A program made the translations under genes and the position numbers. Shown here in pieces: positions 26,176-35,789 of a stretch of DNA of 45,960 nucleotides (its first letter is position 1; the number at the start of each line of letters is the position of its first letter). Below the pieces are notes generated by a model. It had not been told where the DNA came from and searched no databases. It saw nothing but the letters and a program-made list of their open reading frames with translations. This stretch comes from Verrucomicrobiota bacterium (GTDB lineage: Bacteria; Verrucomicrobiota; Verrucomicrobiia; Chthoniobacterales; UBA10450), in contig JBDTXE010000001.1 of assembly GCA_040006335.1 (NCBI GenBank), positions 1 to 45,960 on the forward strand, given 5' to 3'.

Positions 26176-26460
26176 CGCGCCGGCCTTATTTGGATCGTAA
26201 CTACGGCCTTGGTACGCAATGCCCGTGAAAAGAGCAATTTAGCTGCCACACCCATACCAACTCCGGCAGAGGGAGAGATGAGCTAAACTCCTCGGATTGA
26301 GCACGTTTCTTGGTAGGGATGGACACGACTGCCGCGCCCAAGGGGAGGACTGCATCTTGATTCACTGGTGTTCGCGAGCTTCGCCAAGACCGCGGACGTG
26401 CCGGATGACGATATTGCGTTGCAGATCCCGTCTGCTAGATACCCATCGCGCGCCTTCGCC

Positions 26461-27264
26461 ATGTCTCGATTTTTCGCTGCCACCATCGGTCTTCTCCTCG
26501 CGGTTTCGCTCCGCGCTCAGTCGCCAACTCCGCCCGAGGCGAAACCTCCACCGCCCTCGCCCTCCGCCACGCCACTAACAGTGAGCTCAGTCCATCTCGA
26601 TGCTCCGATCATCGCGCTCACTTTCGACGACGGTCCGAGCGACAAACTGACGCCGCAGCTCCTCGATCTTCTCGCCCGGCACCACATCAAAGCCACTTTC
26701 TTTGTCGTGGGCGAAAACGCGGCTGAACACCCTGAAATTCTGCGGCGAGCAGTGCGCGAAGGCCATGAAATCGGTAACCACAGCTGGTCGCATCCCGATT
26801 TTGCCAAAATGTCCGACGACGGGGTCCGCCGCGAGATCAAGCGCACCGAGGAGGCGATTACCGACGCGATTGGAACACGCCCGATTCTACTCCGCCCTCC
26901 TTACGGGGCGGTGACAACGCGGCAGAAACACTTCATTCACGATGAGCTCGGTTATGAGATCATTCTTTGGGATGTCGATCCGCTGGACTGGAAGAAACCG
27001 GGACCGAGCGTGGTGACGAATCGTATTCTGAAAGAGACGCGCGCGGGCTCGATCGTGCTGGCGCACGATATTCATGCTTCCACTATTCAAGCGATGCCCG
27101 AAACCCTGAATCAACTGGAGGAGAAAGGGTTCAAGTTTGTGACCGTCTCCGAGCTCATTCGGCTCGCCAAATCCCAGCCGCCCAAGCTGGCGCCGGTGAC
27201 GGCGGCCGCGGCGGCGAGCGCGCCACCCTCCATGCCGGGCACGGCGCCGTCGCCACATCGTTAG
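26461..27264 (+). CDS. Secreted polysaccharide deacetylase (NodB homology domain, CE4)
   Basis: The signal peptide is MSRFFAATIGLLLAVSLRAQS. Catalytic motifs are LTFDDGPS, GNHSWSHPDF, LLRPPYG and VLAHD. I prefer the ATG at 26461 to 26368. Confidence 0.85.
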   Translation: MSRFFAATIGLLLAVSLRAQSPTPPEAKPPPPSPSATPLTVSSVHLDAPIIALTFDDGPSDKLTPQLLDLLARHHIKATFFVVGENAAEHPEILRRAVREGHEIGNHSWSHPDFAKMSDDGVRREIKRTEEAITDAIGTRPILLRPPYGAVTTRQKHFIHDELGYEIILWDVDPLDWKKPGPSVVTNRILKETRAGSIVLAHDIHASTIQAMPETLNQLEEKGFKFVTVSELIRLAKSQPPKLAPVTAAAAASAPPSMPGTAPSPHR

Positions 27265-27273
27265 CCAAACGGC

Positions 27274-29037
27274 ATGATCGCCGATCAGTATTTGCAGCTT
27301 CGGACCGATCTCGAAACTGCGATGATTGCGCTCCTGCGTCTGGCCGTAGACGTGCAGCGCTCCGGCGCCTCCGCTGAGACGCTGCAGGCCCTTCTGGCGG
27401 ATATTCGGGAGCCGTTGCTTTTCGTCGTGGTGGGAGAAGTCAAAGCGGGTAAGTCTTCGCTTCTGAACGCGCTTTTCGGCCACGAATTTGCTCGCGCCGA
27501 CGTTCTTCCCGCCACCGATCGCGTCTGCATTTTTCGCTACGGCGCAGAGGAAAAAACAATCGAGGTCTCGCCGCAATTGATCGAGCGCTATTTGCCGATC
27601 GAGTTCCTGCGCGACTTCAACGTTGTCGACACCCCAGGCACCAACACCATGGTAGCCGAGCACCAGCAAATCACGGAAAAATTTGTGCCACGGGCTGATC
27701 TGGTCCTCTTCGTTTTTTCCGTCGTGAATCCATGGACACAATCTGCCTGGGAGCTGCTGGCCTTTGTGCAAAAACGCTGGCTGAAAAATGTGGTCTTCGT
27801 TCTCCAGCAAGCCGATCTGCGCGAGCCCGCTGAAGTGGAAGTGGTCCGGCATCACCTGAGCGATACCGCCATGCAGAAGCTGGGCTTTGCGCCGCCCATC
27901 TTTGCCGTTTCGGCGCGTCAGGCCCTGCTCGCAAAGAAGGGCACGGGCGATACGGCAAAGCTATTCGCAGGCAGCCAATTCGGTCCTTTGGAAGACCAGA
28001 TAAATCGTGTCGTCTCGGAGGCAAACGAGCGGATGACGAAATTGGATTCCGCCTGGCGAACCTCGAAAATTTTGCTCGGCGAAATCGCGGAAGATTTACG
28101 CGCGGCCTTCACCACCATCCAGCGCGACGAGGAGCGGCTGGATCGCATTTTTGCTTTCCTGCAGGCCCGCGAGGAACAGACTCGCCGCCAGATTCACGGA
28201 TTTCTTCGCGGCATCGAACAGGCCTGCCGCGAGTGCGCCTCCCAAGGCACGCAACTCCTGGAACGTCGCCTCACTTTTTGGACGACGATCAAACTGGTCT
28301 GGCGTCGCGACGACTGGCAGCGGGATTTCCAGGGCGAAATGGAGACCAAGCTGCGACAAATCGTGCAGCCGCAAATCGATCATGCCGTCCAGTTGCTGGA
28401 GACGGACCTGCGTGGAATCTGGCCGCAACTGGAGGAAATGCTCGACCCGCATTTGGGTGGCGACGCGAAATCGCACGCACCCACCGCGCCGCCCGATTTC
28501 TCCCGGCAACGTCGGGAACTGCTCGCCTCCATTCAGCTGACTCTGGCCGAGCGCATCAGTGGCCGCGCGATCGAAGAGCAGCTCGCCGCCATTTTCCGCG
28601 AGACCTCGGATCGCCTGCGCATCCCGGCGGGCGTGGTCGCCGCCGGCGGCGTCGTCGCGGTCATCGCGGCGATGAGCAGTGCTGCGGTCGCGGATGTGAC
28701 CGGCGTGCTCGCAGCTTCCGCGGCAGTGCTCGGGACGTTGGTCGCCCATCGGCAACGGCAGAAAATCCTCAGCACCTACGCTGCGCAGATGGAGGCGAAA
28801 CAGGTAGAGCTTGTGGGTGCCATCGAAGCTCAAATAACGCGGGCGATTGAAGTCTTTTACGCCGAAATCCGTGCCACTCTGCAACCGCTCGCCGCCTTCT
28901 GCCAGGCGCAGCGGGAGCGTCATCAACCGATGATGGATCGTATCGCGGAACTCGAACGAACCTTCGATCAACTGCGGCCACGACTGCCCGCAATCAGCCC
29001 CGACCCGCCAGCTGGTGTAACGCCGGAGCGCGCCTGA
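27274..29037 (+). CDS. Bacterial dynamin-like GTPase (Dynamin_N-type G domain, helical stalk, hydrophobic paddle)
   Basis: G1 is GEVKAGKS (27433-27456) within LLFVVVGEVKAGKSSLLNALFG. G3 is VVDTPGTN and the G4-like block is VLQQADL. A long helical region and a hydrophobic hairpin (IPAGVVAAGGVVAVIAAMSSAAVADVTGVLAASAAVLGTLVA) precede the C-terminal helices. The start lies 9 nt after the deacetylase stop. Confidence 0.8.
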   Translation: MIADQYLQLRTDLETAMIALLRLAVDVQRSGASAETLQALLADIREPLLFVVVGEVKAGKSSLLNALFGHEFARADVLPATDRVCIFRYGAEEKTIEVSPQLIERYLPIEFLRDFNVVDTPGTNTMVAEHQQITEKFVPRADLVLFVFSVVNPWTQSAWELLAFVQKRWLKNVVFVLQQADLREPAEVEVVRHHLSDTAMQKLGFAPPIFAVSARQALLAKKGTGDTAKLFAGSQFGPLEDQINRVVSEANERMTKLDSAWRTSKILLGEIAEDLRAAFTTIQRDEERLDRIFAFLQAREEQTRRQIHGFLRGIEQACRECASQGTQLLERRLTFWTTIKLVWRRDDWQRDFQGEMETKLRQIVQPQIDHAVQLLETDLRGIWPQLEEMLDPHLGGDAKSHAPTAPPDFSRQRRELLASIQLTLAERISGRAIEEQLAAIFRETSDRLRIPAGVVAAGGVVAVIAAMSSAAVADVTGVLAASAAVLGTLVAHRQRQKILSTYAAQMEAKQVELVGAIEAQITRAIEVFYAEIRATLQPLAAFCQAQRERHQPMMDRIAELERTFDQLRPRLPAISPDPPAGVTPERA

Positions 29038-29058
29038 ATACGAAGTCGCACCGGGCGA

Positions 29059-29883
29059 CTATCGGGAAGTCGCGTCGGACTGTTGCACCAGTCGCGAATC
29101 CGCCTGTCGCCGCGCAATGACGAAGTGATTGTTATCGCCGTAGTTGCGCCACGGCCCCGGCGGGACGTCGCGCACTTCCACGAACTGCCAGTCTGTCACA
29201 TCGGTCGGCGCGAGCCCAAGATAGTCCCGCACCGCCGGGGAAACATCCAGGCCGGCGCCATGGTTCAAATTCGGCTTGGGCCGCTCGTTTTGAAACACAT
29301 ATTGAAAGTGATCCGTCCGAAACGGCCCGCAATCTTCCCACTGCGCGTAAGCGATCCGGTTCCCTTTACGAATCGCGAGCCAGCGATCCTTGCACACGGA
29401 CCGGCCCGGCTCGGTGTAGATCTTCCGGAACCATGGGATAACCAACGGAGCCTCGGGCTTGGATTGCCCATGCGTGACGTCGTTGTATGGGAGCGCGCAA
29501 TAGAAAGGATTCTGGCGCGGGACAAACGCGACGGGCACATAATTGCGCCGGGAGGAATAATCGGGATTATCGAAGCCGCCGTAGTTTGCGCTCCAATTCG
29601 CGTCCCACGAACTTTTATGATTCGGGACCGGATTGTTGCCGGATGCCTGCTCGCCGATCCAGAAGATCGTGGTCACGATGTTCGTCTTCCATGGATAACG
29701 CGTGGTCGTGCTGGTCCGCGAAGCCGTCGGCACGAACACCTGTGGCTCTACTTTGAGCAGCGCCTGTTCGCGGAGCTTGCGAGCATACTTCGCAAAGTCT
29801 CCCGCGCTTTCGTAGGGCGATTGCGCCAGCGCGTGCGTCACGGCTACCGCAACCAATGCTGAAAAAATGAGAGTTCTCCTCAT
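29059..29883 (-). CDS. Secreted protein, possible double-psi beta-barrel (RlpA/expansin-like) fold
   Basis: The signal peptide is MRRTLIFSALVAVAVTHALAQ. The block CKDRWLAIRKGNRIAYAQWEDCGPF...GAGLDVSPAVRDYLGL resembles the DPBB core (V.V.N..NGR.V.V.V.DRGPF...IDLS.AA...LG). The fold assignment is by eye only. Confidence 0.5.
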   Translation of the reverse strand: MRRTLIFSALVAVAVTHALAQSPYESAGDFAKYARKLREQALLKVEPQVFVPTASRTSTTTRYPWKTNIVTTIFWIGEQASGNNPVPNHKSSWDANWSANYGGFDNPDYSSRRNYVPVAFVPRQNPFYCALPYNDVTHGQSKPEAPLVIPWFRKIYTEPGRSVCKDRWLAIRKGNRIAYAQWEDCGPFRTDHFQYVFQNERPKPNLNHGAGLDVSPAVRDYLGLAPTDVTDWQFVEVRDVPPGPWRNYGDNNHFVIARRQADSRLVQQSDATSR

Positions 29884-30019
29884 TGGCTACACGGTCTCTA
29901 TGCGAAAAGCTCCAGCCGGGCAAGCGGTTTTCCCCGCGAGAACGTCCGCCACCGCTGACACTTACCTAAATTAAAGCAGCATCTATTCCAGCGTTCCACA
30001 GGCCCGGCCGCGCCTCAGT

Positions 30020-31612
30020 TCAGCCTCGCGTGATGCGGGTGTCGTGCCGGAAGCGATCGTCGCTCGAAGGATAATCGAGCGTGAAATGCAACCCCCGGCT
30101 CTCTTTGCGCAGTAACGCACTATCCACAATCAAAGCCGCAACCGTGGCGAGGTTTCGTAACTCCAACAAATCTACGGAGATTTTGAAATTCCAGTAAAAT
30201 TCATGGATCTCATGTTGCAGATTGCGTAAACGGGAGGCGGCGCGCTGCAAACGCTTATCACTGCGCACGATTCCGACGTAGTCGCCCATCAATCGGCGGA
30301 TCTCGTCCCAGTTATGATAAATGACGACCATCTCGTCCACGTCCTGCACATCGCCCGCGACCCAGTCCGGCAACGGCACTTCCGGCTCACGCTTTCTTAT
30401 CTTCTCCCGCGTCAACGCCACGCAGGCTCGATGCGCCAAGACTACGCCTTCCAGAAGCGAATTACTCGCGAGGCGATTCGCGCCGTGCAATCCAGTGCAG
30501 GCAACTTCCCCGATCGCATACAGGCCGCGCAAGCTGCTCGCGCCATTGACGTCGCTCTGAATCCCGCCGCATTGATAGTGAGCCGCGGGCACCACCGGGA
30601 TCGGCTCCTTGCTCATATCGATCCCAAGCTTGAGTAAGGTTTCGAAAATGTGCGGGAAGCGTTCCCGCAAAAATGCCTCGGGTCGGTTGCTGATGTCGAG
30701 AAAGACGCACTGGGCACCGCTGCGCTTGATTTCCGCGTCGATCGCTCGCGCCACGACATCGCGCGGTGCCAGCGCTCCGCGCGGATGATGGCGCTGCATG
30801 AAATCCTCCCCCTGCCCATTGCGGAGAACACCGCCTTCGCCCCGCACCGCCTCACTGATGAGAAAGGATCGTGCTGCCGGATGAAACAAACAGGTGGGGT
30901 GGAACTGCACGAATTCCATGTTGGCAATCGTCGCGCCCGCGCGCCAGGCCATAGCGACCCCGTCCCCCGTCGCGACAGCAGGATTCGTGGTGTAGAGGTA
31001 AACCTTCCCGCACCCGCCCGTGGCCAGGACGACGCGCGAACTCCGAATTGTTTCCACTTTCCCGGAATTTTCGTCGAGCGCGTAAAGGCCGAGCACACGA
31101 TCCTCCGCGGCGAATCCAAGCTTGGCGGCCGTGATCAGATCGATCGCCATGTAATTTTCCAGTAGTTCCACGTGCTGGGCGCGCCCCAGTTCGTTCAAAA
31201 GGGCAGATTCGATCTCCCGCCCGGTGACATCCTGCACGTGCAACACCCGGCGCTTGGAGTGACCACCTTCGCGCCCGAGATCGAGCTCGCGCTGACCTGA
31301 AACTTCTCTCTCATCGAAGTGCACGCCGATTTCCTGCAGCTCACGAATCGCAGCCGGCGCCTCCGTGATAATGGTGCGCACCACCTGCTCGTCACATAAC
31401 CCGGCGCCAGCTTCGATTGTATCGCGCACGTGCAATTCGAAAGAATCTTCGTCGCTCGTGACACAGGCAATTCCGCCCTGCGCCCAGGCCGTGTTCGAAT
31501 CGCTCCCTTTCCGCTTGGTGATGACCGCAACCGACCCATGCTTCGCGGCTTTGAGGGCGAAACTCAACCCGGCGATTCCACTGCCGACCACGACGAAATC
31601 AAAATCCTTCAT
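30020..31612 (-). CDS. nadB: L-aspartate oxidase
   Basis: The FAD-binding N-terminus is FDFVVVGSGIAGLSFALKAA. Other blocks are NTAWAQGGIA, HPTCLFHP, ACTGLHGANRLASNSLLE and ESRGLHF. Confidence 0.95.
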   Translation of the reverse strand: MKDFDFVVVGSGIAGLSFALKAAKHGSVAVITKRKGSDSNTAWAQGGIACVTSDEDSFELHVRDTIEAGAGLCDEQVVRTIITEAPAAIRELQEIGVHFDEREVSGQRELDLGREGGHSKRRVLHVQDVTGREIESALLNELGRAQHVELLENYMAIDLITAAKLGFAAEDRVLGLYALDENSGKVETIRSSRVVLATGGCGKVYLYTTNPAVATGDGVAMAWRAGATIANMEFVQFHPTCLFHPAARSFLISEAVRGEGGVLRNGQGEDFMQRHHPRGALAPRDVVARAIDAEIKRSGAQCVFLDISNRPEAFLRERFPHIFETLLKLGIDMSKEPIPVVPAAHYQCGGIQSDVNGASSLRGLYAIGEVACTGLHGANRLASNSLLEGVVLAHRACVALTREKIRKREPEVPLPDWVAGDVQDVDEMVVIYHNWDEIRRLMGDYVGIVRSDKRLQRAASRLRNLQHEIHEFYWNFKISVDLLELRNLATVAALIVDSALLRKESRGLHFTLDYPSSDDRFRHDTRITRG

Positions 31613-32451
31613 GCCAGACGCAGATTATCGATCAGCCGTGTGCGGCCGATCCAGACGGCGAGAGCCAGGACGGAATCCTCCCGCATGGAGTCGAGCGGTT
31701 GCAAAGTTTGGCCATCGACAATGCTGAGATAATCAATCCGGGCGTTCGGTCGAGATTGAATCATTTCCCGCGCGCCTAGCAGCAGCTTAGATACTGACTT
31801 TTCTCCGTCGGCCACCGCCGCCTTCATCTCCAGAGCGGCTCGCCGCAGCACGGTCGCTTCGCTTCGTTCGATCGTGTTCAGATATTGATTGCGCGAACTC
31901 AAAGCGAGTCCGTCGGCTTCGCGGACCGTGGGCACTCCAATGACCTTAATGGCAAAATTGAGATCGCGCACCATCCGCCGAATCACCGCAAGTTGTTGAT
32001 AATCCTTCTCGCCAAAGATTGCGCTCTGGGGAGCAACGAGATGGAAAAGCTTCGCGACCACGGTGCAAACGCCGCGGAAATGCCCGGGGCGGGAAGCGCC
32101 ACAAAGACTGTTCGCGAGAACATTCTCTTCCACGAAGACCGAACGATCGGGAAAATAGATCTCACGCGGCCGGAAGAGGACGTCGACCCCGGCGTCGCGA
32201 CAAGCGCTTTCATCTGCAGCCTCCGGACGAGGATATTTTTCAAAGTCCGCACCGGGCTCGAATTGCAGCGGATTCACATAAATACTCACGGTGACTTCCC
32301 CCCCGGATTTCACTTGAGTTCGTGCAACGCGAATCAGTTCGAGATGCCCGCGATGAAGTGCTCCCATGGTTGGCACCATGGCGCAGGGCAGCTGTCGTTG
32401 AAGGGCGTGTTCCTGCATCGCCGCAGGAGAATCGATCACTTTTATTTCCAT
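31609..32451 (-). CDS. panC: Pantoate--beta-alanine ligase
   Basis: VPTMGALHRGHLELIR contains the HIGH-like motif. VSIYVNPLQFEPGADF, FGEKDYQQLAVIRRMVRDL and GLALSSRN follow. I prefer the ATG at 32451 (MEIKVI). The stop overlaps the nadB start (ATGA). Confidence 0.9.
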   Translation of the reverse strand: MEIKVIDSPAAMQEHALQRQLPCAMVPTMGALHRGHLELIRVARTQVKSGGEVTVSIYVNPLQFEPGADFEKYPRPEAADESACRDAGVDVLFRPREIYFPDRSVFVEENVLANSLCGASRPGHFRGVCTVVAKLFHLVAPQSAIFGEKDYQQLAVIRRMVRDLNFAIKVIGVPTVREADGLALSSRNQYLNTIERSEATVLRRAALEMKAAVADGEKSVSKLLLGAREMIQSRPNARIDYLSIVDGQTLQPLDSMREDSVLALAVWIGRTRLIDNLRLA

Positions 32452-32494
32452 CCGCGCGAAGCGCAGCGAAATCGCGTGCCTCCCGGAACGCAAG

Positions 32495-33220
32495 TCAGTT
32501 CTTCTCGCCGGCAGGAAAAAGAGTCGGCGCCGGATCGAGCCAAATTGCCTGGCGACCGACGAAGAAACTGGCGTGATGAAACTGTTCCCAACCCGCACGT
32601 TTGGCCAGCTGATCCATCTCGGCGAAACTGAAAGCGCGCGCCGCGGAAAGACGACCGTCGAACTTCGTCATCGGTTCGCGGTAAAGTGTCTCGGTCACGA
32701 CAAAGACCGCCAGGCTCAGAAAACGGGAACGCTGCAAGTCGGTCACCAGAATCGCGCCGCTCGACAGTTCCCGAAATTTCCGCAGGGCCCGAATCACATC
32801 CTCTTCACTGAAATGATGGAGCGCGAGCGAACAAATAACGATGTCATAGGCGTCGTCAGCTCCCCACGCGAAGAGGTCTGCGCAGGAAAAACTGATTTCT
32901 GGATAGGAGACACTCAGTCGGCGGGCGATTTCAATCGTCGCTTCCTGCTGATCGATTGCCTCGATTTCAACCGGGACGTTGCGCGACCGCGCGTAATCAA
33001 CAATCAAACGCGGGACGTCGCCGGACCCGGTCGCAACGTCGAGCAGACGGATCTTAGAATTCGCCCTTAGCCAGCGTCGCAGGAAATGATGGATGATGCG
33101 GTAGCCGCCGAACCAGCGATTCAGCGAGCGGAGATTGGCGAGATCCTGCTCGAGCTCCGCCGAAACGGGCTGCGGAAGGTCCATCAGCTCGGGCGTGGCC
33201 GCATCGAAAATCCGTTTCAT
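32495..33220 (-). CDS. Class I SAM-dependent methyltransferase
   Basis: Motif I is IRLLDVATGSGDVPRLI. The post-I acidic block is EIEAIDQQ. DIVICSLALHHFSEED is also present. Confidence 0.8.
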   Translation of the reverse strand: MKRIFDAATPELMDLPQPVSAELEQDLANLRSLNRWFGGYRIIHHFLRRWLRANSKIRLLDVATGSGDVPRLIVDYARSRNVPVEIEAIDQQEATIEIARRLSVSYPEISFSCADLFAWGADDAYDIVICSLALHHFSEEDVIRALRKFRELSSGAILVTDLQRSRFLSLAVFVVTETLYREPMTKFDGRLSAARAFSFAEMDQLAKRAGWEQFHHASFFVGRQAIWLDPAPTLFPAGEKN

Positions 33221-33276
33221 TGGATTTCAAACCTCCGCGTGCCCGAAAGCATTTCCCCAAGCTCGCCAGCCCGTCG

Positions 33277-34011
33277 TCACATTCCCAGAAACTGCCGCCA
33301 CTCCTCCGGCAGCTCGGCCGATTCTACTTCGCTGCCGATCCGGCCTTCGAACTCGGGTCGAAAACTCGTGCTCGTGCCGTAAACCATGATCGCGTCTTCG
33401 CTGCCTTCAACACGCAGAGCGTGCGCGACTCCCGGAGGAATGACGACGCCAACATTGTTGGCACTGCGGTAATTATCGCCGTCGATCGAAAATCGCATGG
33501 TGCGCTTCCCCATCCCGGCACGGAGGTCGCGCAAAATCATTTCGAGGCGGCCGGTGACGAAAAACATCACGTCCCACTGCTCTTTCGAGTAAGGACGCTC
33601 CGCCGCCGGCGCCGTCTTGAATTGGCGCGCGAAATAATCGGCCGCGCTTTCGCCCGTGGGAACGAAAGGAGGATGCACGTGGAAACCTTTGGCTGTGTGC
33701 CCGAACATTCGCGCCGCGGACCACTGCGCGGGCCAAAGCTTGATCTCCGACAGTATCCCCTCATCGCGCCGCGCAAATTCGCCAAACGAACCGCGAAAAG
33801 GTTGTCGATAAATTCGACGGGGGAATATTTCCACGCCCGGGATCCACACTTCATCAAACTTCTCCCGTCCGGCCGCCAGAAGCACACCCGCTTCGAGACC
33901 AGTCGTCCCAAGTTGTTCCGGCAAAGAGGCGCTCTCATAATCCCTCGTGCCGATCCGCTTCGCCAAAGCCGGATCAAGTCCGCGCCAAAGATCATCCTTC
34001 TCTTCCTTCAC
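33277..34011 (-). CDS. RmlC-like cupin (dTDP-4-dehydrorhamnose 3,5-epimerase family-like) with an internal insertion
   Basis: FRGSFGEF, AKGFHVHPP, DVMFFVTGRLEMILRDLR and VVIPPGVAHAL align by eye to RmlC blocks. The GTG start overlaps the GT2 stop (GTGA). Confidence 0.6.
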   Translation of the reverse strand: MKEEKDDLWRGLDPALAKRIGTRDYESASLPEQLGTTGLEAGVLLAAGREKFDEVWIPGVEIFPRRIYRQPFRGSFGEFARRDEGILSEIKLWPAQWSAARMFGHTAKGFHVHPPFVPTGESAADYFARQFKTAPAAERPYSKEQWDVMFFVTGRLEMILRDLRAGMGKRTMRFSIDGDNYRSANNVGVVIPPGVAHALRVEGSEDAIMVYGTSTSFRPEFEGRIGSEVESAELPEEWRQFLGM

Positions 34012-35726
34012 GCCATCGCTCCTAGTGAGAAATCTGCGACCGCGCGAGAAAGATTTGAGTTATAACACGGATCGTTCTGGAAAATTGTGGGCCAGCGCCG
34101 CGCCAGCCCAGGGCAAACTCCTGTCGCTTCCTCTCCAGGCTCCTCCCGGCGCAGCTCTGCATACGGCACCGAGACACTGCGAAATCCCGCATCGCGCAAC
34201 TTCAGGCAATACTCAGCCCCGGCGCAAACACGATCTCGGCCGACCAGACCCGGGCTGCCGAATTTTTGATAGAGATCGCGCCGGGTCAGGAGACAAGAAG
34301 CGCTGAGCGCGCTGTAATTGCGCGCGGTCTGCAACTGACGATTCACTCCGGGGTCAGTGCGATTAAAGCCGGCGAAAGCGGGGCGCGCCGAGCCATCGGG
34401 CATGAGGACGTAACCTGCGCTCTCAACGCTACCGTCCGGATTGAGCAACCGCGGACCCACTGCGCCGATTTCCTGCTCCGCCAAGTACTCGCCCAAGGCG
34501 TGCAGCCACGAGCGCTCCAGCGGTAGCAGACCCGCATCGAGAAATAGAACCCAATCCCCGATCGCACTTTCCGCGGCCACCGCAAATTCGAGAGAAGCAA
34601 AATCGGTGGCGGATTGGATCGCCTCCATCGCGGATGGCGAAAGAGCGGGAGTGGCGACGATCGAAATTTTAACCTCTGGAATCGGACGCCGCACGCGATA
34701 GGCATGGGTATTCCAATCCACACTCACTCGCGCCGTCTGGTTTTTTCGCGCCAGATGCTCGGCGACGGCTTGTTTTCCTGCCTCCAGCGCGCCAGGCTTT
34801 CTCCGAATATTATGCGCGGTAGACTGCGGCGTTCGCCGCCAGTGATAAAGCACGCGTTCCAGATGATGAATGCGTTGCGTCCGTTCCGAGACGCGCAGGA
34901 GAAGATCGAAATCCTGCGCGCCATCAAATTCACTGCGAAATTCATCCACCAATCCTCGCCGCAGCGCGACGAAGTGCCCCAGATAATCATGCGTCAGAAA
35001 GAAGTCTGGCGACCAGTCGGGTTTGAGCATCGGCGCGCTGAAGTGATCATGCACGATCTTGTCTTCATCCGAGTAAATGACATCCGCGCGCGGTTCGTTC
35101 TGCAGCAGTTCCACCACGCGAAAGATGGCGTCACGCTCCAAGAGATCGTCGTGATCGAGGAGAGCAACCCATTCTCCGCCCGCAGCCTGCAAGGCGCGAT
35201 TCAGGGCGGAGGAAATGCCACCGTGCGCCCCTGGCGGAAGCAAGCGGATGCGCGCATCTTTTTCGCTAAGTTTCGTTAGTTTTTCGCCGAAGCCAGCCTG
35301 GGTCGAACCGTCATCAGCGATCAAGAGCTCCCATTGCGGATAGATCTGAGCGCAGACCGAGGTGACGGCGGCGTCGAGCCAGCGCCTGTCCGAATTGTAA
35401 GTCGCCATCAGCACGGAAACCAGCGGCCGGTCTTCCCATTTTTTCGAGGACTCGGTCAATTCAGGGATTCTCTCCGCGGGCAGACGATGACGTGAAAACC
35501 AACATTCGTAAGCCGTCTCCTCAGGGACAACCTTGCGCCGTTCCCGCCGAGACCAGCGGAACGGCAAGGTTAGAAATTCCGCAACGCGGCCATTGGCGCT
35601 TCGCCGCAGGCGCTGGTGTTCCGCCCGCAGGCTTTCCAGCTCGCGCTTGGTATCCTTGAGTCGGAGAAGCTCTTCTTCCAAACGCGCGATATGCTGCTCG
35701 ACGGCGCGGTGTTCATCCTCCTCCAT
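34008..35726 (-). CDS. Family 2 glycosyltransferase with an N-terminal coiled coil and a second, degenerate GT2-like half
   Basis: The GT2 core is VSVLMATYNSDRRWLDAAVTSVCAQIYPQWELLIADDGS...ALLDHDDLL...YSDEDK. The second half has GAVGPRLLNPDGSVESAGYV. I prefer the ATG at 35726. The TTG at 35762 is an alternative. Confidence 0.8.
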   Translation of the reverse strand: MEEDEHRAVEQHIARLEEELLRLKDTKRELESLRAEHQRLRRSANGRVAEFLTLPFRWSRRERRKVVPEETAYECWFSRHRLPAERIPELTESSKKWEDRPLVSVLMATYNSDRRWLDAAVTSVCAQIYPQWELLIADDGSTQAGFGEKLTKLSEKDARIRLLPPGAHGGISSALNRALQAAGGEWVALLDHDDLLERDAIFRVVELLQNEPRADVIYSDEDKIVHDHFSAPMLKPDWSPDFFLTHDYLGHFVALRRGLVDEFRSEFDGAQDFDLLLRVSERTQRIHHLERVLYHWRRTPQSTAHNIRRKPGALEAGKQAVAEHLARKNQTARVSVDWNTHAYRVRRPIPEVKISIVATPALSPSAMEAIQSATDFASLEFAVAAESAIGDWVLFLDAGLLPLERSWLHALGEYLAEQEIGAVGPRLLNPDGSVESAGYVLMPDGSARPAFAGFNRTDPGVNRQLQTARNYSALSASCLLTRRDLYQKFGSPGLVGRDRVCAGAEYCLKLRDAGFRSVSVPYAELRREEPGEEATGVCPGLARRWPTIFQNDPCYNSNLSRAVADFSLGAMA

Positions 35727-35789
35727 GACCACAGTATATTGATTGCTGCCCAAGGTGAGCAAACTTACGCTGCGCCGGCCCCGCTCCTC

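Noticed and set aside
27274-29037. The dynamin-like GTPase as a member of the described multi-gene dynamin anti-phage defence systems.
   Set aside because: Those systems, as I recall, comprise two or three adjacent dynamin-like genes (LeoA/LeoBC-like). Only one is present here, and no other defence-type genes (nucleases, methylases, abortive-infection genes) are nearby. I kept it as an envelope-module hypothesis instead.
31609-31612. The panC-nadB ATGA overlap as a possible functional fusion of the CoA and NAD pathways, both of which draw on aspartate.
   Set aside because: Four-nt overlaps are common between unrelated operon neighbours in compact genomes. Nothing in the sequence indicates more than co-transcription.
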